Source: Azolla caroliniana
Taxonomy: Eukaryota > Plantae > Polypodiophyta
DNA: 64,000 bases
Direction of reading: 5' to 3'
Assembly: GCA_043228905.1 (NCBI GenBank)
Contig: JBHGNT010000012.1
Coordinates: 18,662,001-18,726,000 of the forward strand
In this document: positions 12,397 through 23,687 of the stretch, one piece after another
How the letters are laid out: every line of letters begins with the position of its first letter
Position numbering within the stretch: the stretch's first letter is position 1
Position numbers and translations under genes: made by a program
Notes under the pieces: model-generated
The model's database searches: none
What the model was told of the DNA's origin: nothing
Seen by the model: only the letters and a program-made list of their open reading frames with translations

Positions 12397-15300
12397 ATGG
12401 AAGGCGGCGGTAGTGGGCCTCCGGGCATGATGGTGTTGAACTCACAGAACTACGCCGACTGGAAGATAAAGATGGAAGACCTCCTCATCGTCCGAGACCT
12501 GTACGAACCGATCGACAATGCCGAGATACCCAAGGGGGTAATAGAGTCGGAGTGGAAGCTTCTGAACCGGAAAGCCGTAGCGACGATCCGGCAGTATGTC
12601 GATGTAACTGTCCTGCAACATGTGGCGAACGATACGAACGCCTATGAGATGTGGCAGAAGCTGTCCGGACTGTATGAGAGGAAGAATGCTCTGAACCGGA
12701 CCTCCCTGATGAGGAAGATAGTGAACCTCAAGTACCGGGACGGCGAGAGTATGGTGGAACACGTAAGCACGTTCATGGGATTCGTGAACCAGCTTGCGGC
12801 GATCAAGTTCCCGTTGGAGGATGCAATGCAAGCCATCATATTGATGTGTACATTGCCGGAAAGCTGGGAGAACTTGGTGGTGACTCTCAGCACCTCCTGC
12901 ACCGAAGATAACTTGTCTCTACAAACGGTAAAGACAAGTATTCTAAATGAAGAAGCGCGTCGGAGAGATAAAGAACCGGCCTCCGACTCGAAGGCGCTGC
13001 TTACCGAATCGGATCGGGGAAGACAATGGAACCGGAGTCCACAAAGACGGGAGAAGTCGGGGACCCGGTCGCAGTCAAGAGGAAGACCCACATGCTTCCA
13101 CTGTGGGAAGCCGGGGCACTTCCGGAAGAATTGTCGGCATTACCGAAAGGATAACGGAGCCGACGACACCGATTCGAAGAAGTCACCGGAGAGAAACGGT
13201 GCATACCGGGGAGCCACGGACCGGAGAGGTCCGGATCGGCGAGGGCAGGACCGGAAAGGAACGACGGCACTCGCGGCAAGTGAAGAAGAGATCATGCTCA
13301 TTACCGAAGAGAGGGAGCTGAACCTTGCCGGTGAAGAGATGACCTGGGTGGTCGATTCCGGAGCGTCGTTCCACCTGACCCCGGAGAAGAAATACTTCTC
13401 ATCCTACATAGCCGGTGAGCACGGCTGTGTCCGGATGGGAAATGAAGGTACGTGCCGGATTGCCGGCATAGGAGACGTGTGGTTAACAACCTCGACCGGA
13501 TGCAAAATGCTGCTGAAGGATGTCCGACACGTTCCGGAGGTTCGATTGAACCTGATCTCGGCCGGGAGGCTAGATGATGAAGGCTACACGGGTAGCATCC
13601 GGAACGGTGTCATGAAGTTCAGCAAGGGGAGCCTGATAGTGGCTCGGGCCCGGAAGGTCAACACGCTGTACCTGATGAATTCCCGGCTATGTCCGGAGGA
13701 GCTGAACGTGGCAGCCGACACTGCCGGTGAGCTGTGGCACAAGAGACTGTGCCACATGAGTGAGAAGGGGATGAAGAGGCTTGCAGATGACAATCTTATT
13801 CCAGTGAAGCATGTGCACCTGGAGAAGTGCACCGACTGTCTGGCCGGTAAGCAAAACCGGACCTCTTTCCACTCAAGGCCACCGACGAGACGTAGTGTAC
13901 CATTGGAGTTGGTGCACACTGATGTGTGTCAGGTAGAAACGAAGTCACATGGCGGAGCCCAGTACTTCGTAACATTCATAGATGACCACAGCCGGAAGCT
14001 GTGGACGGCACCGCTGAAGACAAAGGACCAAGTATTGTCCGTCTTCAAAGAACTCCACGCGAGAGTGGAAAGAGAATCCGGCAAGAAGCTGAAAGCGATA
14101 CGAGCAGATAACGGAGGGGAATACCGGGGGCAGTTCGCAGAGTACTGTCGCTCGAAGGGAATCCGGCTCGAGTTTACTGTGCCGAAGACGCCGGAACTGA
14201 ACGGGCTGGCCGAGAGGATGAACCGGACCATAATGGAGAGGGTCCGGAGTATGCTGGCGCATGCGAAATTACCCAAGGGGTTTTGGGCTGAGGCAATGTC
14301 GACGGCGACATACGTGATAAATAGATCACCCTCAGTACCTTTGGACGGAGACACGCCGCAGAAAGTGTGGACCGGTAAGGAAGTGTCCTACCGGCATCTG
14401 AAGGTGTTCGGGTGTCTCGTTTACGTGCATGTGGCAAAGGACCGGAGAGGAAAGCTAGATCCAAAGACCCGGCCATGCATATTCCTCGGTTACGGCGACG
14501 ACGAGTTCGGCTACCGAGTATGGGACCCGGTCGACAAGAAGATATTCAGGAGTCGAGACATCATCTTCATGGAGGACAAGACACTCGCCGACTTGGAGTC
14601 GGAGAAGAAGATGAAGAGCTCAAAGTCGACCGGTGAGGATCAACTCTACGAGGAGCAGTCCCGACCGGCAAGGGACCGGTTAACACTCGAGGATCCGGCC
14701 GAAGACGGTGAAGAAATAGAACCAGCCGAAGAAGATGAAAATGATACCGGAACCGGCCCCGATCCCGAAATGGATTCGGATGAAGAAGAATCGGAAGAAC
14801 CGGTTACCGAAGCTCCGGAACGGAGATATCCTCTAAGAGAGAGAAGGGCCCCCCGGAGATTTCCGGAACCAGAGCACGTGCTGCTAACCGACGAGGGGGA
14901 GCCGGAGAGCTTTGAAGAAGCGAACCTTGACAACCATAGCCGCAGGTGGTTAAGTGCCATGCAGGAGGAGATGGATTCCCTGCATGAGAACCACACATAT
15001 GAACTTGTGGAGTTGCCGAAAGGTAAGCGGGCACTTCGAAACAAGTGGGTGTTCAAGCTGAAACCGGGAGATGCCGGAAACCCCCCGAGATACAAAGCCA
15101 GGATCGTAGTGAAGGGGTTCCAGCAGAAGAAGGGCGTCGACTTCGACGAGATATTTGCCCCGGTAGTGAAGATGACCTCCATCCGGACGGTGCTGAGCAT
15201 AGCGGCAAGCATGGACCTCGAGGTTGAACAGTTGGACGTGAAGACGGCATTTCTTCACGGTGACCTCGAAGAAGAGATCTACATGCAGCAACCGGAAGGA

Positions 15301-16470
15301 TTCGAGAAGAAAGGGAAGGAGCACCTGGTATGCCGGTTGAAGAAGAGCCTTTACGGACTGAAGCAGGCTCCCCGGCAATGGTACCGGAAGTTCGACTCCT
15401 TCATGACCGACGAAGGGTACCACAAAACGCAGTCTGATCACTGCGTGTTTGTAAAGAAGTTCGAAGGAGGAGACTCTCTGATACTCCTCCTGTACGTGGA
15501 CGACATGTTGATCGTCGGACGGGACCAGGTCAAGATACGGATGCTGAAGAAGGCTCTTCACCGAACCTTCTCAATGAAGGACTTGGGTCCGGCGAGGCAA
15601 ATACTAGGGATGCACATCATCTGGGACCGGAAGAAGAAGCAGTTGTGGTTGTCACAGGAGAAGTACGTGACGAAGGTGCTTCACCGGTTCAACATGTCGG
15701 AAGCAAGACCGGTCGGATCGACCCTCCCGGCAAACTGCAAGCTGTCCAGCAAGCAAAGTCCCAAGACAAAGGCTGAAAAGGAGGATATGATGAAAGTGCC
15801 GTATGCCTCAGCCGTCGGGAGCTTGATGTACGCCATGGTGTGTACGAGACCGGACATAGGATATGCAGTCGGAGTGGTGAGCCGGTACATGAGCAATCCC
15901 GGCAAAGAGCACTGGAACGCGGTCAAGTGGATACTCCGATATCTGAAGGGCACGGCAAACGTGTGCCTCCGATTTGGCCTCGGTAAGTCCGAACTCGATG
16001 GCTTCACCGATTCGGATATGTCGGCTGATGCAGATACCAGCCGGTCCACATCAGGGTATGTGATGACGTATGCAGGGGGAGCTGTTTCGTGGCAGTCGAG
16101 GCTGCAGAAGACGGTTGCGTTGTCAACCACGGAGGCGGAGTACATGGCAGCTGTTGAAGCCGGCAAGGAAATAATATGGATGAAGGACTTCATTAGAGAG
16201 CTCGGTATCCGGCAGGAGGAGTACCGACTCTACTGCGACAGTCAGAGTGCCATCCACCTTGCGAAGAACGCGGCCTATCACTCCCGGACGAAGCACATCC
16301 AGCGAAGATATCACTGGATCCGGGAAAGGATAGAAGACAAGGAGTTCGTGCTGACGAAGATCCACACGGACGAGAACGGGTCGGATATGCTGACTAAGGT
16401 ACTTACACCCGACAAGCTGGAAGCATGCCGGAAGAGGATCGGATTGGAGAGACATCCCATGCCGAAGTGA
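12397..16470 (+). CDS. gag-pol: Copia Gag-Pol polyprotein (gag, zinc knuckle, protease, integrase, RT, RNase H)
   Basis: First ATG at 12397 of ORF 12388-16470. Motifs CFHCGKPGHFRKNC, VDSGASFH, LWHKRLCH, ELNGLAERMNRT, QLDVKTAFLHG, YVDDML, TDSD, KHIQRRYH. Confidence 0.98.
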   Translation: MEGGGSGPPGMMVLNSQNYADWKIKMEDLLIVRDLYEPIDNAEIPKGVIESEWKLLNRKAVATIRQYVDVTVLQHVANDTNAYEMWQKLSGLYERKNALNRTSLMRKIVNLKYRDGESMVEHVSTFMGFVNQLAAIKFPLEDAMQAIILMCTLPESWENLVVTLSTSCTEDNLSLQTVKTSILNEEARRRDKEPASDSKALLTESDRGRQWNRSPQRREKSGTRSQSRGRPTCFHCGKPGHFRKNCRHYRKDNGADDTDSKKSPERNGAYRGATDRRGPDRRGQDRKGTTALAASEEEIMLITEERELNLAGEEMTWVVDSGASFHLTPEKKYFSSYIAGEHGCVRMGNEGTCRIAGIGDVWLTTSTGCKMLLKDVRHVPEVRLNLISAGRLDDEGYTGSIRNGVMKFSKGSLIVARARKVNTLYLMNSRLCPEELNVAADTAGELWHKRLCHMSEKGMKRLADDNLIPVKHVHLEKCTDCLAGKQNRTSFHSRPPTRRSVPLELVHTDVCQVETKSHGGAQYFVTFIDDHSRKLWTAPLKTKDQVLSVFKELHARVERESGKKLKAIRADNGGEYRGQFAEYCRSKGIRLEFTVPKTPELNGLAERMNRTIMERVRSMLAHAKLPKGFWAEAMSTATYVINRSPSVPLDGDTPQKVWTGKEVSYRHLKVFGCLVYVHVAKDRRGKLDPKTRPCIFLGYGDDEFGYRVWDPVDKKIFRSRDIIFMEDKTLADLESEKKMKSSKSTGEDQLYEEQSRPARDRLTLEDPAEDGEEIEPAEEDENDTGTGPDPEMDSDEEESEEPVTEAPERRYPLRERRAPRRFPEPEHVLLTDEGEPESFEEANLDNHSRRWLSAMQEEMDSLHENHTYELVELPKGKRALRNKWVFKLKPGDAGNPPRYKARIVVKGFQQKKGVDFDEIFAPVVKMTSIRTVLSIAASMDLEVEQLDVKTAFLHGDLEEEIYMQQPEGFEKKGKEHLVCRLKKSLYGLKQAPRQWYRKFDSFMTDEGYHKTQSDHCVFVKKFEGGDSLILLLYVDDMLIVGRDQVKIRMLKKALHRTFSMKDLGPARQILGMHIIWDRKKKQLWLSQEKYVTKVLHRFNMSEARPVGSTLPANCKLSSKQSPKTKAEKEDMMKVPYASAVGSLMYAMVCTRPDIGYAVGVVSRYMSNPGKEHWNAVKWILRYLKGTANVCLRFGLGKSELDGFTDSDMSADADTSRSTSGYVMTYAGGAVSWQSRLQKTVALSTTEAEYMAAVEAGKEIIWMKDFIRELGIRQEEYRLYCDSQSAIHLAKNAAYHSRTKHIQRRYHWIRERIEDKEFVLTKIHTDENGSDMLTKVLTPDKLEACRKRIGLERHPMPK

Positions 16471-16478
16471 AGGGGGAG
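16469..16478 (+). promoter_or_regulatory. polypurine tract of Copia D
   Basis: GAAGGGGGAG, 2 nt before the 3' LTR. Confidence 0.95.
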
Positions 16479-16480
16479 TT

Positions 16481-17157
16481 TGTTAGGATTTACGGTCCCT
16501 CCGGATGGGATGTCCGGAGATGAATGACGGCAAGCCCGGTTGCGGTTACGGAGCCGGATGATGAAGACCCCGGTTACGGAGCCGGACGACGAAGACCCGG
16601 CTACGGAGCTGGATGATGAAGACCCCGGTTACGGAGCCGGATGACGAAGACCCGGTTACGGAGCCGGATGATGAATGTACCCGGAGAGAGAGATCCGGAT
16701 GCGGGGACATATCTGTGAATATGTTTGCCAAGGGCCCTTGTGGCTATATTTGTAAATAGCCGGAAAGTCATATGTGTATAAATATGACTTAGGGCAAACA
16801 GTTTTATGTTGCTACTCATTTTTCTGTTTTTCCACTTAGAGAGAGTGAAGAGAGCAGCCGAGAGAGAGAGAGAAAGAGAGAGAGACGAAGAGGTCGTTGC
16901 CTCTGTGTATTACCGCCGCCTGTGGCGAAGACAGTGAGCTCAAGGTTGTTGCCTTGAAGCTTCACCATTGTACATCTCTGTTCATAGTGATAGTTGGAGT
17001 TTGAGGACTCCCGTGGTTTTTCCCGTATAGGGTTTTCCACGTTAATCCCTGTGTTATCGTGTTTTTTCTCTGTGTTTCCTATTTTCTGCTGCATTGATTC
17101 GCGATTTCTCGGTTGTGGCCGAGCGGCGGAAGAGAATCGGAGCGTTGATTCTTAACA
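16481..17157 (+). repeat. 3' LTR of Copia D
   Basis: Near-identical to 11689-12365. Confidence 0.97.
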
Positions 17158-17353
17158 CTTACATAGTGACAGTTTGCAGCCTGTGGGCTGCCGTGGTTTT
17201 TTTCCCTAGTTTGGGGTTTTCCACGTAAACCTCCTGTGTACTCTTCTCTTCTTTGTGTCGTTTATTATTTCCCATTTTCTGTGTATGATTCTAAGCTCGG
17301 TTGTGGCTGAGCGTTGCGGATAAGGAGCGTTGAGTTCTCGAAATAAGATGATG

Positions 17354-18373
17354 CTTGTTGTCGAGCAAAGATGCCACGACACCATCCATATGGCTTGTTG
17401 GAACCCTTACCGATTCCAAGTAAGCCGTGGCATTCTTTTTGTCTTGATTTTATCACAGATCTGCCAGTCTCGAAGGGGTTCGATGCTATCTTAACCGTCG
17501 TCGATCGATATACTAAGATGACACATTTTGTGCCGTGTACTAAGGCCATCACTAGCGAGGAAACCGCCGCCCTTGTCATGCGTGAGGTATTTCGGCATCA
17601 TGGCCTCCCAGACAGTATCATCAATGACTGAGGCCCTCAATTCGTTTCCAAATTTTGGCAGCATCTCTTCAAGATGCTCAAGGTCTCTTACAACCTCTCC
17701 TCCGGCTACCATCCCCAGACCGATGGGCAGGTGGAACGAACAAACCAAACGCTGGAACAATATCTCCGGTGTTTTCTAAGTTATCAACAGGACGATTGGG
17801 CCGAGATTCTCCACTTTGTGGAGTTTACGTATAATAATGTTGTTCACTCCTCGACTCGGGTCTCCCCATTTTATGCTTATATTGGTTCTCATCCTCGTTG
17901 GTCGGTGATCGACACCCCGGAGCTACCTACCAATCCTCGTGCTGAGGATCATTTGGAGAGGCTACGTAAGATCCAGTTGGATCTCTCTACTCATCTTCAT
18001 CATGCCTCCAACACACACAACAGACTTACGAAGATCGAGTATGGCCATCGGAGAGCGAGTATGGCTCTTACGTCGTCACATCAAGACTACTCGACCGTGT
18101 GACAAGTTGGATTATCGACGACTTGGTCCTTTCCGTATTACTGGTAAGGTTAATGATGTCACGTTCCGCCTTGATCTCCCTCCACATCTTTAGATACATC
18201 CAAATTTCCATAGTTCTCTTCTTGAACCTTATAAAGCAAACACTATTCCCAATCATGTTACACCACCGCCGCCCCCGCTTGAGTTGGACGCCGGCCCGGA
18301 GTGTGAAGTTGTTGCCGTCCTCGATTCCAAACTTGTTCGCAACAAACTTTATTATTTGGTTGATTGGCTCAGC
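17354..18373 (+). pseudogene. pol: chromovirus B integrase core and partial chromodomain
   Basis: LDFITDLP, GYHPQTDGQVER, LGPFRI, EVVAVLDSK...YYLVDW. A deletion then fuses it into the 3' LTR. Confidence 0.9.
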
Positions 18374-18726
18374 TATAGGAAATTAATGTATATTCCAGAT
18401 TTCTTTGGAACATTCTAGAAGCTTTAGGATTACTCCTAAGAACACTATAAAAGAAGGCATTAGGCATTATTTTGAACCAAATTAGTTCAACGCCAGTCTT
18501 AAGCCTCATAGCCCTTTTGTACTTACTCTTCACAGAATATATCATGTGTTATCATCATCATCTCTCTCTCTCTCTCATCCTTGCCATCTCTCTGTCTCTC
18601 TGTCTCTCCTCTTCTCTCTTTCCCTCTCTCGGGAGTCTTACGCAGTCCCATCCTCTTAGTACTAATAATACTTCCCTTCTCTAGTACTAATTCTCTCTCT
18701 GTTTTAGTACTATTCTTGACAAGCCC

Positions 18727-20640
18727 TATGCAAAAACGAGACATGAGATCTCGTTCCTCACACTCCGCACAAGAAAGCGATTGGCTGTTGATGGATTTAC
18801 AAAGTGAAACACAATGTCGACGGCTCCATAAATTGCTTCAAAGCACGACTCGTTGCGAAATGATACACACAAACGCACGGAGTTGACTACGAAGATACCT
18901 TTGTCCCCATGGCAAAGATGACAACTGTGCGGACTGTGATTGCAATCACGGTAGCAAAAGGGTGGCACCTCCACCAGATGGACGTCAAGAACGCCTTTCT
19001 TCAAGGAGAATTAGAAGAGGAGGTGTACATGATCCAACCACCCAGTTTTGAATTGCACAATCATCTGAACGCCGTGTGCCAACTCAAGAAGCCACTCTAC
19101 AGCCTCAAACAAGCACCGTGTGTGTGACATTCAAAGATCACGCAGTATCTTCATCAAATCGGATAATTCTCTATACATCCGAAACGAGTCGGATAGCCCG
19201 ATTGTCATCATCCTATACGTGGATGATTTGGTCATTAGAGGAAAGGATCTCGCCGAGATTAACAAGGTCAAAACACTTCTCTCCGGCATATTCGAAATGA
19301 AAGACCTGCACGAGCTCCATTACTTCTTAGGCATCGAAGTAATTCGGACACCTATCGGGATAATGATCTCACAACGACACTACGTCCTCAACTTACTCTA
19401 CAAGTTTGGGATGACGGAGTGCAAACTTGTGTCCACCCCGCTTGACCGTAATCTCAAGCTTGATGTCGATTCTGGCACAACCGAGTGCGAGCCAACTTAG
19501 TATCGCCAATTGATCGACAACCTCATCTACCTAACCATTATGCGACCTGACCTCAGCTATTCGGTCGGCCTACTTGGCCAATTCATGCAGAATCTGTGAA
19601 ATCTTCATCTTGATTGTGCTAAGAGAGTACTTTGGTACACTTGCGGTACGATGGATTACGACATCAGATACATGTCAAATACGATAATTTGACTTGAAGT
19701 ATTAGAGACGTGTACTAAAGTAAGCATTAGATAAGGATAGATCTAGGTAGATAAAAAGAAAGGAGAGAGAGAAAGAAGGGTGCCGATCCACCCGACCACC
19801 CCCGAGCGAAGGGATCGAGACGGACTCGAGCATCGATCGACGTCCCATACCACCACCATGGCGTCGAGTCGTACCTGGTGCTGGCGCGCTCACTACAAGA
19901 GTTGACCCACCACAACACAGAGTCTCGACGTAGTCAACCAAATGATGAAATGAGGGTAGCTAGGCCTCTATTTATAGCGAGACCCAAGGCCCCCAACCAT
20001 GTTCACACTTGGCCTAATGGGTTGTCTCAATCCCGAGGATTTAAAAGTAAGCCTCCCCTTCTTTACACTCTCGTTTAACCCTCACACTTATCCACGTGTA
20101 TAGAATACTACGGTAAATTCTCACCACGGGATATTATATGGTCATGCCCGTAACATGAAGGGTACATAGAAGCGGACTGGGCAGATTATGAAGTGGTTAG
20201 ACGGTCAACATCAGGATTCGTCTTCTCCCTCGCAGTGGAGCAATCTCATGGAGTAGCAAGAAGCAATTGACAGTCGCACTGTCGAGCACAAAGGCTGAAT
20301 ACAAGGGCGCGATGGTTGCTACGTGCGAAGCCGTATGGCTCAAGCGTATATTGAAGGATCTAGGTGTACCCATCAAGGATCTGATTCGTCTATACTACGA
20401 CAACATGAGCAATATCTACCTAGCGCGGAACCCCATATTCCACGTGCTTACTAAGCATGTCGAAGTGCACTACCACTTCATCTGCGAACACGTGCAGGTC
20501 GGAGATATAGACTTACATCACATCAACACGAATCTACAGGTAGCATACATTTTCATGAAAGCCCTGGGTATCAACTAGCTACGACAGTTCGCGTTGAACC
20601 TTGGCCTACCTATTCCCGACCAACCGAGCTAGAGGGGGAG
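18727..20640 (+). pseudogene. pol: Copia A RT and RNase H, fragmented
   Basis: HQMDVKNAFLQG, LYVDDL, ALSSTKAEY, KHVEVHYHF. Confidence 0.92.
19700..20155 (-). mobile_element. solo LTR E (456 bp)
   Basis: TSD TGAAG (19695-19699 / 20156-20160) interrupts the Copia A LEGY codons. Ends TATTA(<TGTTA)...TAACA. Minus-strand TATAAATA at ~19969-19976. Confidence 0.85.
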
Positions 20641-21027
20641 TACAGAACATTGAACCGATCGATTGATCGAAGTCGAACAATGAGTACGCAGCTGAAAAGT
20701 CGAACAATTGAAGTTCGAAGCGTTCCAAAGTTCGATCCGAAACAATTTTTCGATATCCAGAAGTTGTGTTTGAAGGGGTGTGTTGAGAATTGAACCTTGG
20801 GTATCAACAAGCTGCGGCAGTTCGCGTCGAACCTTGGCCTACCTATTCTCGACCAACCGAGCTAGAGGGGGAGTACAGAACATTGAACCGATCGATTGAT
20901 CGAAGCCGAACAAGGAGTACGCAGCTGAAAAGCCGAACAATTGAAGTTCGAAGCGTTCCAAAGTTCGATCCGAAACAATTTTTCGATATCCGGAAGTTGT
21001 GTTCGAAGGGGTGTGTTGAGAATTGAA
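20562..21027 (+). repeat. 233-bp tandem duplication (RH end, 3' UTR, PPT, LTR start)
   Basis: Copies 20562-20794 and 20795-21027; TGTTGAGAATTGAA at 20781 and 21014. Confidence 0.92.
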
Positions 21028-21262
21028 CTGAACTTGTCATAGAAATAGGTTTCACACTACCTCATGGACATACTAGGCTAGTTTTGTAAATAGTAGAAAG
21101 GGCCCTTGCCCTAGGTTAATTGGTATTTAAACCAACCTTTTGTAACTTTGTTATTGTTGGAAGTAATACATAGTTGTCTCATCTTAAGTCTCTCTCTTCC
21201 TCAATTTCACATAAGTGCTCATACGCACACACACACAGACACAGTCCTACCGCTGCGTACAA
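21014..21262 (+). repeat. 3' LTR of Copia A (last ~19 nt missing)
   Basis: Aligns with 6306-6556 and is followed by the TSD TAGGG. Confidence 0.9.
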
Positions 21263-21563
21263 TAGGGTGATGCCTTATATATTTTAAGATGCCTTATATA
21301 TTTTAAGATTAACTTTTACTTTGTCTACATATTTGTAACCATCTTCATTAGGGTTTCTTCTTGAATTATAGATCATAAGCAATGTATATGTTTACATACT
21401 CCTTCGCTTGATCCCTCTTAATTTCTCGAGTCGTTTTCCTTAATTCGTAACCACGTTGGTCTCTACAATCTATTATAATTCACAACTCTTTCTAATCGAT
21501 TTGGTCAAGCCCTCATATTGTGTATGACTGTCATTCATCTCATACACTCCTTCATTTTTGCAT

Positions 21564-22947
21564 TGTCGTGTGGTTCTTTACACAAGATATAAAAAAATAG
21601 TGAAATAATTGTTTTAGATTAGTTTAAATGGCTTAGTACAAAAAGATGGACGTTTTCAAGAGATTTTGAACGCATTTTTCTACATATGAATTCAACAACT
21701 AAGTATCAAGTTATGTGAGTATAAAGTTGAGAAGACGAGGAAAACAAAACTGTGAGATATCCCGCATTATATAACCAGATCTCAAACCCATTACTTCATA
21801 TTTGGAGATTGGGTGCTTGGTGCATGGGTTGTTCGTAGTGCACGAGTTGTTGGGCCGTTTGGAGCGATCCGTGGTGCACGGATTATTTTGAGCGTTCGTG
21901 GTGCACGACTCGGTTGGGAGACGTGCGCGCACGTGATGTGTGCATGGCTCGGTCGGAACGCGCGTGCACACACATGCTTGCACAGTTTTGAGCATTCGTG
22001 GTGCACGGCTCGGTCACGGGCCAGTTGGGGGACGTGCGTGCACGACTCGGTCGGAACGCGCATGCGCACACATGCTTGCACGGTTTGAGCGTTCGTAGCG
22101 GTCGGGACGCATGCACGCATGGATGTGCACGGCTCGGTGACGGGTCCGTATGAATGCACGGCTCGGTCAGAACGCGCGCGCGCACGCATGTTTGCACGGT
22201 TTGAACGTTCGTAGCGGTTGGGACGCGTGCGCGCACGGACGTGTCCACGGCTCGGTCGGGGACGCGCTCACACGGAGGCGTCCACAACTTAGTCGGGGGG
22301 GACGCGCGTGCGCATGGAGGCGTCCACGGCTTGGTTGGGGATGCGCTCACACAGGGGCGTCCACGGCTTGGTAGAGACGAGCGCGCGCGGGTGTTCGGTC
22401 GCAATGCATGTACGGATTACCCACGGGCCGAACTTTATGGATGATTAGATCATATGGCCGAATTATACGGACGTCGGATGCAACTAAAGGTGGACGCATG
22501 CAACTAAAAGTAGAGGCCATGCAACCAAAAGTGGATGCATGGAACTAAAGTAAAGGTCATGTGTGGACGCATGCAATTGAACATTAAAGGGCATGATCAA
22601 CAAAGAACTCCTTATATATTCCACTCTCTTTTTTTCTCCATTTTTTTTTTCCCTTCTCTCAATTCCTTGGAAAACAATCTCTCATATTCATATCGAACCA
22701 CTCCTTATATGGTTGCTGAATCCTTTCTTTCGAGATTATCTCTCATTTTCATATCCAATCCGTTGTAACACGATTCTTATATTATAAAAGAATCTATTAT
22801 TTTGATATAAATGAATGTTTTCTTTCATCTATGTGTCTTATGTGTAAATCTTGCTTGTGTTGTACAGGTGAGCTCTAAATCCTTCCAGTCCATAACCCCG
22901 GTAGTTTTGCCTCACGATCTGCACATAGTGACGGATTTTTCACGACA
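21564..22947 (+). mobile_element. long solo LTR of family F type
   Basis: TGTCGTG...CACGACA termini, flanks GCAT/GCGC, U5 motif CCCCGGTAGT shared with other F LTRs, and a 5' part similar to 63180-63500. Confidence 0.7.
21830..22420. repeat. degenerate CpG-rich tandem array inside the LTR
   Basis: Recurrent GTGCACGGCTCGGTCGG(A/G)ACGCG core. Confidence 0.85.
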
Positions 22948-23092
22948 GCGCTCTAGGGAGGGTTGTTACCCCTTTTTAGGAGGAACACACTCTCGGTTAT
23001 TACTTTTGAGTAAGTAGATCAAGGTAATTGTGGTTAGAAGGAGGAAGGGACTTTGGGTCTTCCCTTTGACTTTGTACTTAGCCGAATTCGGG

Positions 23093-23687
23093 TGTTAGGG
23101 AGGTAACTCAACCCCAAGGGTTCCTAGATAACTCTCTCTCTATGGATACTCAAGCTCGTTTGATTCACGTGACACTCGGGGATACATGCCGCTCCTAGAA
23201 CTTCGTAAGGAACGAAATAACAAGTATCCCGTTGAATCGGATATAACCGATTACATGCTCATGATTATACACAAACAATACACATTAGAGCATACGTTAC
23301 ACACACCGGGTTACCCCACAATAAAGAATAATCAATTATGAATACACATAGTTATAGGTACCAATCGATTGTCGCTATACCACTCACTCTCTCTAAAGTC
23401 CTCCCCCTCCCCCCCCTCCCCCCCCCCTTTGTACACTTCTTGCCTAAAAATAATACTCTTGTAGCCCCTCATACTCTCTTGATCACTCGGTATTTATATA
23501 GGCCTCCATGCTTCCTAGTTCCTGGAAGCATGGTGCGTTACAATCGTTTCTATTAGGTAGTTTGACACCTTATTCATCTTGCCACTGGTTCCACTTTTCA
23601 TGTGCTTGGTGTCCTGTCCCCTTTCACACCTTCGACTGTCATGCCCAGTCAACACTTGGCACGCTTGTGGGACAGTGTCTTGCACGT
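23093..23687 (-). repeat. probable LTR remnant
   Basis: TGTTAGG start, minus-strand CCTATATAAATA at ~23491-23502, poly-C tract. The other end is not seen. Confidence 0.35.

Larger units (their letters stand above)
11689..17157 (+). mobile_element. intact Ty1/copia element D (Tnt1/Tork-like), 5469 bp
   Basis: Two 677-bp LTRs differing at about 2 positions, perfect TSD CTTAC (11684-11688 / 17158-17162), PBS, PPT and an uninterrupted ORF. Confidence 0.98.
11113..17348 (+). mobile_element. solo LTR C (Copia D-related), split by Copia D
   Basis: Starts TGTTGGG. TSD TGATG (11108-11112 / 17349-17353). Halves 11113-11688 and 17163-17348 resemble the Copia D LTR. The end reads AATAAGA (CA mutated). 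Confidence 0.85.
9474..18721 (+). mobile_element. Ty3/gypsy chromovirus B (Tcn1-like), internally deleted
   Basis: TGTCA...TGACA ends and TSD AGCCC (9469-9473 / 18722-18726), which splits the Copia A peptide EEMQAL|CKNET. LTR remnants 9474-9702 and 18374-18721 share 9586-9702. Confidence 0.9.
6306..21262 (+). mobile_element. Ty1/copia element A, decayed, with nested insertions
   Basis: LTRs at 6306-6575 and 21014-21262, TSD TAGGG (6301-6305 / 21263-21267), iMet PBS, and gag-PR-INT-RT-RH domain order. Confidence 0.93.

Noticed and set aside
12442-16455. Many antisense and alternate-frame ORFs of 60-200 aa
   Set aside because: Shadows of the GC-rich gag-pol with no independent motifs.
9474-18721. 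DIRS-like element with inverted repeats
   Set aside because: It has a DDE integrase, chromodomain and 5-bp TSD, and no tyrosine recombinase. The inversion is a junction filler.
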